A DNA stretch of 64,000 nt from assembly GCA_002104945.1 (NCBI GenBank), contig MCFH01000011.1, positions 1,011,364 to 1,075,363 of the forward strand, given 5' to 3'. This document shows, piece after piece, positions 59,884-64,000 of this stretch. Below the pieces are notes generated by a model, which worked only from the letters and a program-made list of their open reading frames with translations, was not told the origin of the DNA and ran no database searches. Position 1 is the stretch's first letter. Every line of letters begins with the position of its first letter. A program made the translations under genes and the position numbers. Source of the DNA: Piromyces finnis finn (taxonomy: Eukaryota > Fungi > Neocallimastigomycota).

Positions 59884-61035
59884 TTTTACGTTACTTTTGT
59901 TGTTAAGGAATGAACATAAATAGTTGAATTAGCTAGAATTTTAGGAATTTGTCACGAATACTAGTGAAATTACAATTTCAAGATCACTTGGAATTGTGAA
60001 ATCACTTATGAAAATTCAAAATCAACAAATATTTTATTTTCAAATAAATTATAAAATTTTATTAAGAAATATTTAAAAATTTAGAAAAGGTTAAAATATG
60101 ACCTTAACCCTTAATAATTTTTATAATAAATAACTTTAACCCTTATCGTTAAAATGGAATAAGAAAAAAACACGCGTATCTCCTCAACGAATGACGATTT
60201 TTGAATAAAAATATTTTGGTTATAATTACGTTCGTTAGAAAGCCACGCTCGAGACAAACAACATATCTTAAAATCATGTCAATATCTCTGCTGGTTCACG
60301 AGATATTCCAATTTAAAGATATTTTGTTAGCAATGATTAATTGTTTATTCAGAGAATGATCACCCCTGATATATCAAACATAAATCATTCACTCAAAGTA
60401 TAAAAAATTATTGTTTAATTAAATTAAAATTATTTTCCGGAACTAATTAACTTTATTTTATAATAATTATTTCAATAACATAATTTATAATCTTTGAACT
60501 AGAGGATTATAATTATTAATATTATATTCAATGAATTATATTATAATTAAGAAATAATTAATATTATGAATATTATAAACAATAGTTATTTTTTAATAAT
60601 TAGGAATAAGTCTTAAGTTTAGTTTAAGTATTATAAAATATATTATGAATATAATCATGTATTGAAAAGTTATTTTATTATTAAATGTAAAATTACAAAT
60701 AGTATAAATAGTTTAGAATAGTTTTATGAATTAAATCTTTGTAAAGATTATTAACTTATTAATACTTAATAAGTATTACTATTAAATAATCTTATTATTA
60801 TATATATTCTTTAAATAAAATAAAAAGGAATTATTTTAACTATAATACATAATTTAATTATTCATTTATAAATCAATTAAGATTATTTTAATAAAACATT
60901 TTTTTTCTAACCTAGTTATCTTTTAACCTTTTATTTAATTTAATATTTTAATATTAAATTATAAGTTTAGTAAAACTTTTACAATAATCTTTACCGCGTT
61001 TTTTACCATAACTACCTTAGGAAAAAACTTAATTT

Positions 61036-61103
<68 letters not shown>

Positions 61104-61106
<3 letters not shown>

Positions 61107-62015
61107 ACTCAACCAACACCTAAACCAGTTCAACAATTCCTAAAGCCTCAAGATTTAGAAGAATTTAAGAAAAATCTTTGTGGTGAATTAGACAAGTATA
61201 TCACTCAACAATTGGATAAAAATACCACCTCCTTGTTAGAACGTATGGATGCTATGTTAAAGGAACTTAAGAGTCGTGCTAATTATACTGAAACCGAGGA
61301 ATCTTCTACCGATTATGATGAAGATCATGATGTTATAATGCGTAATAGAACCTATCCTATCAAACAAGTACCAGATCCAGGATTCTTTACTGGTGATACT
61401 ACTCAGACTGAGTTATTCTGCGAACTCTGCCAAGCTACCTTTAAAACTCCACCTAACAATCAACTATCTGAAGAAGTAAAAATTAACTTTGTTGTTGTTA
61501 GATTACGTGATTCTGCCAGAACTTGGTATCATATTAAATATAAAGATGGTATTACTCCTATGACTATGAACGAACTATTAAGTGAATTAAACAAAGCTTT
61601 TTCAAATGTTACCAGTACCAAATTAGCCATGATTCAATTAATAGAATTAAGACAAGCTTATGGAAAAGTGAACGATTATATTAACAAATTTAGAGATTTA
61701 AGTCGTTGTTTAGAGATAGATGACATTAGTCTTTCACTAATATTTTTAAATGGTTTACATCCAAAATATAAGAATGAAATTAAGAAAGCTGATATTTTAC
61801 CTAACACTTTAAGTGAAATGGTTACAAAGTGTATAATTTTTGAAAATTCTCTTGCTACTAATAATAAATTAAATATCAATAATAATAATAATAAAAATCA
61901 ACATTACAATAAGAGAAACAATAGGAAATTCAATAAGAATAAAACCCATTATCAAAATTCAAACAATAATAATAATTATGTCAATAAAGTTCAAAAGATG
62001 AACTCAAAAAACTAA
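61104..62015 (+). CDS. gag: Family A Gag, 303 aa, no CCHC knuckle
   Basis: Retrotransposon-gag-like core (PDPGFFTGD...LRDSARTWY...YINKFRDL), with position between the LTR and pol. Confidence 0.85.
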
Positions 62016-64000
62016 GAAATGAACTCTCAAGAGAGTCTAAGAGAGTTCATAATACAAAAATAATACATTACAACTTTCCTACATATGACTCTAAAATAAA
62101 TAAAAAATTGCCTACAACATTTTTCAACTTTAAATTTTTTATCCCAATTAAATTAAACAAACTTTATGATTTAAAAAATTCAATTAATAAAAATCAATAC
62201 AATTTAATTTTAGATAGTGGCTCATATTGCAACTTTATTTCAATCAACTTGGTCAATAAATTAAAACTAAAACCACACAAATTATTACACTCAATTGAAA
62301 TAAATGGAATTAGTGGTTCAATATTTATTGATACATACACCTTCTTATATTTTAAGACTACTATCTATATTAATCATTCAAAATTTTTAATTACTTTTAA
62401 AGAAAAATTTCTAATTATTAAAAATCTTCCAACAGATTTGTTATTAGGCAATAAATTTTTACACAAATATCAACTACATTTTAATTATAATAAAAATTTT
62501 GTATATTCAAGTTTAAATTTTAACAATTTTAAAAAATTAAATTCTAATAAAATTATATATAAAATTAATAAAAACCGATTGAATAAATCCAAAAATTTAA
62601 AAATTAAAAACATTAATCATAATAAATTAACTTCCAATACATCTTTTAATAATTTGAAAAATTACTCTAAACCAAAATATCAAAATTTCAGCTATAATTA
62701 CCTTATTCACTCATTTTTAGCTAATAGTGAAAAAGATTATAATACTGATGATGAAGATGATAATGAAGAAGACTTCAAATTAGAAGAAGTACCAGAACCA
62801 TATCGTGATTTAGCGGAAGTTTTCAGCAAGGTTAAGGCTGATAAACTACCACCACATAGGCTAACGGATTGTAAAATCGTTTTACAAAAAGATGCTTCTT
62901 TACATTATGGTCCTATATATCCTCTATCTGAAGATGAATCCCAAGTTCTTAAAGAATACATAGATGAAAATCTCAAGAAAGGATTCATTAGACCATCTGA
63001 ATCTCCAGCTGGTTATCCTGTTTTATTTCAGAAAAAGAAGGATGGATCGTTACGTCTTTGTATTGATTACAAAAAATTAAATGCAGTTACAATTCGCAAT
63101 TCTTACCCACTTCCTCTAATTACTGATATTATCGAAAGAGTGAAAGGTGCTAAATTCTTTTCAAAATTAGATCTTCGTTCTGCTTACAATTTAGTGCGTA
63201 TTCGTGAAGGAGACGAATATAAGACAGCTTTTAGAACTAAATATGGTCACTATGAATATTTAGTAATGCCTTTTGGTTTAAGAAATGCCCCTGCTACATT
63301 TCAATCATTTATTAATTCAGTATTACGCCCTTATTTAGAAAAATTTGTTATTTTATATTTAGATGATATTCTGATTTACTCGGAAACATTAGATGAACAT
63401 ATACAACATGTTCGTACTGTTCTCCAAACATTGCTCAAAAATAATTTATTTGCTAAATTAAAGAAATGTGAATTTCACAAGCCAGAAGTTGAATTTTTAG
63501 GACACGTTATATCAGGCAATGGTATATCTACTGATCCAAAGAAAATTAAATCTGTCCAAGAATGGCCTACACCTAATTGTGTAAAAGATGTTCAACGCTT
63601 TGTTGGATTATGCAACTATTATAGAAGATTTATAAAAGATTTTGCTACTATTGCTAAACCGCTTCACAATTTAACAAAGAAAAATACTAGTTTTAATTGG
63701 AATGATAAATGTAATAACTCATTTTTAGAATTAAAAAAGAGACTAATCTCTTCACCTATTTTATTACATCCAGATCTAACCAAACCATTTATTGTCGAAT
63801 GCGATGCTAGTAATTTTGCCATTGGTTGTATACTTTCTCAAAAGGATGAAGATAACAAATTACATCCTGTAGCATATTATTCAAGATGTTTAAACAATGC
63901 TGAATTAAATTATTCAATTACTGAAAAGGAACTTTTAGCTATAAAATGTGCATTTTCTACCTGGAGACATTTATTACTAGGTGCTAAATACCAAGTAAAC
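62006..64000 (+). CDS. pol: Family A Pol (PR, RT, RNase H start), 3'-partial, missed by the ORF track
   Basis: My translation of the -1 frame gives LILDSGS, LPPHR, GPIYPL, LCIDY, MPFGLRNAPA, YLDD and VECDAS. There is no Met before the RT core. Confidence 0.92.

Larger units (their letters stand above)
59950..64000 (+). mobile_element. Family A element with internal region, running off the window end
   Basis: 5' LTR 59950-60983, self-priming-type PBS, gag, then pol in the -1 frame with no stop up to 64000. Confidence 0.93.

Overview
This is a very AT-rich eukaryotic window with long poly-A/T and AAT tracts. An anaerobic gut fungus (Neocallimastigomycota) is my inference from composition and a fungal-type MEP gene, and it is not verified. 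The window is mostly Ty3/gypsy LTR retrotransposons: six elements with coding sequence and about 20 solo or partial LTRs, many delimited by exact target-site duplications (TSDs). It also holds four tRNA genes (3x Cys-GCA, 1x Ser-UGA) and one host gene, an ammonium transporter. Family letters (A, B, C, E, F, G, H, I, J, K) are my labels. The main signal is two-tier, orientation-specific targeting of tRNA genes. TGAT..ATCA elements with 4-bp TSDs (tRNA-Ala-primed and chromodomain-less where internal sequence is visible) sit 14-18 bp upstream of tRNA genes. TGT..ACA elements with 5-bp TSDs (apparently self-primed, Tf1-like) sit 64-69 bp upstream. One site holds four LTRs stacked at the same TTTTA target. 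Three families show Tf1-type self-priming signals, three elements have -1 ribosomal frameshift signals (one an H-type pseudoknot), and one intact chromovirus has a tRNA-Gln-like A/B-box segment in its LTR.
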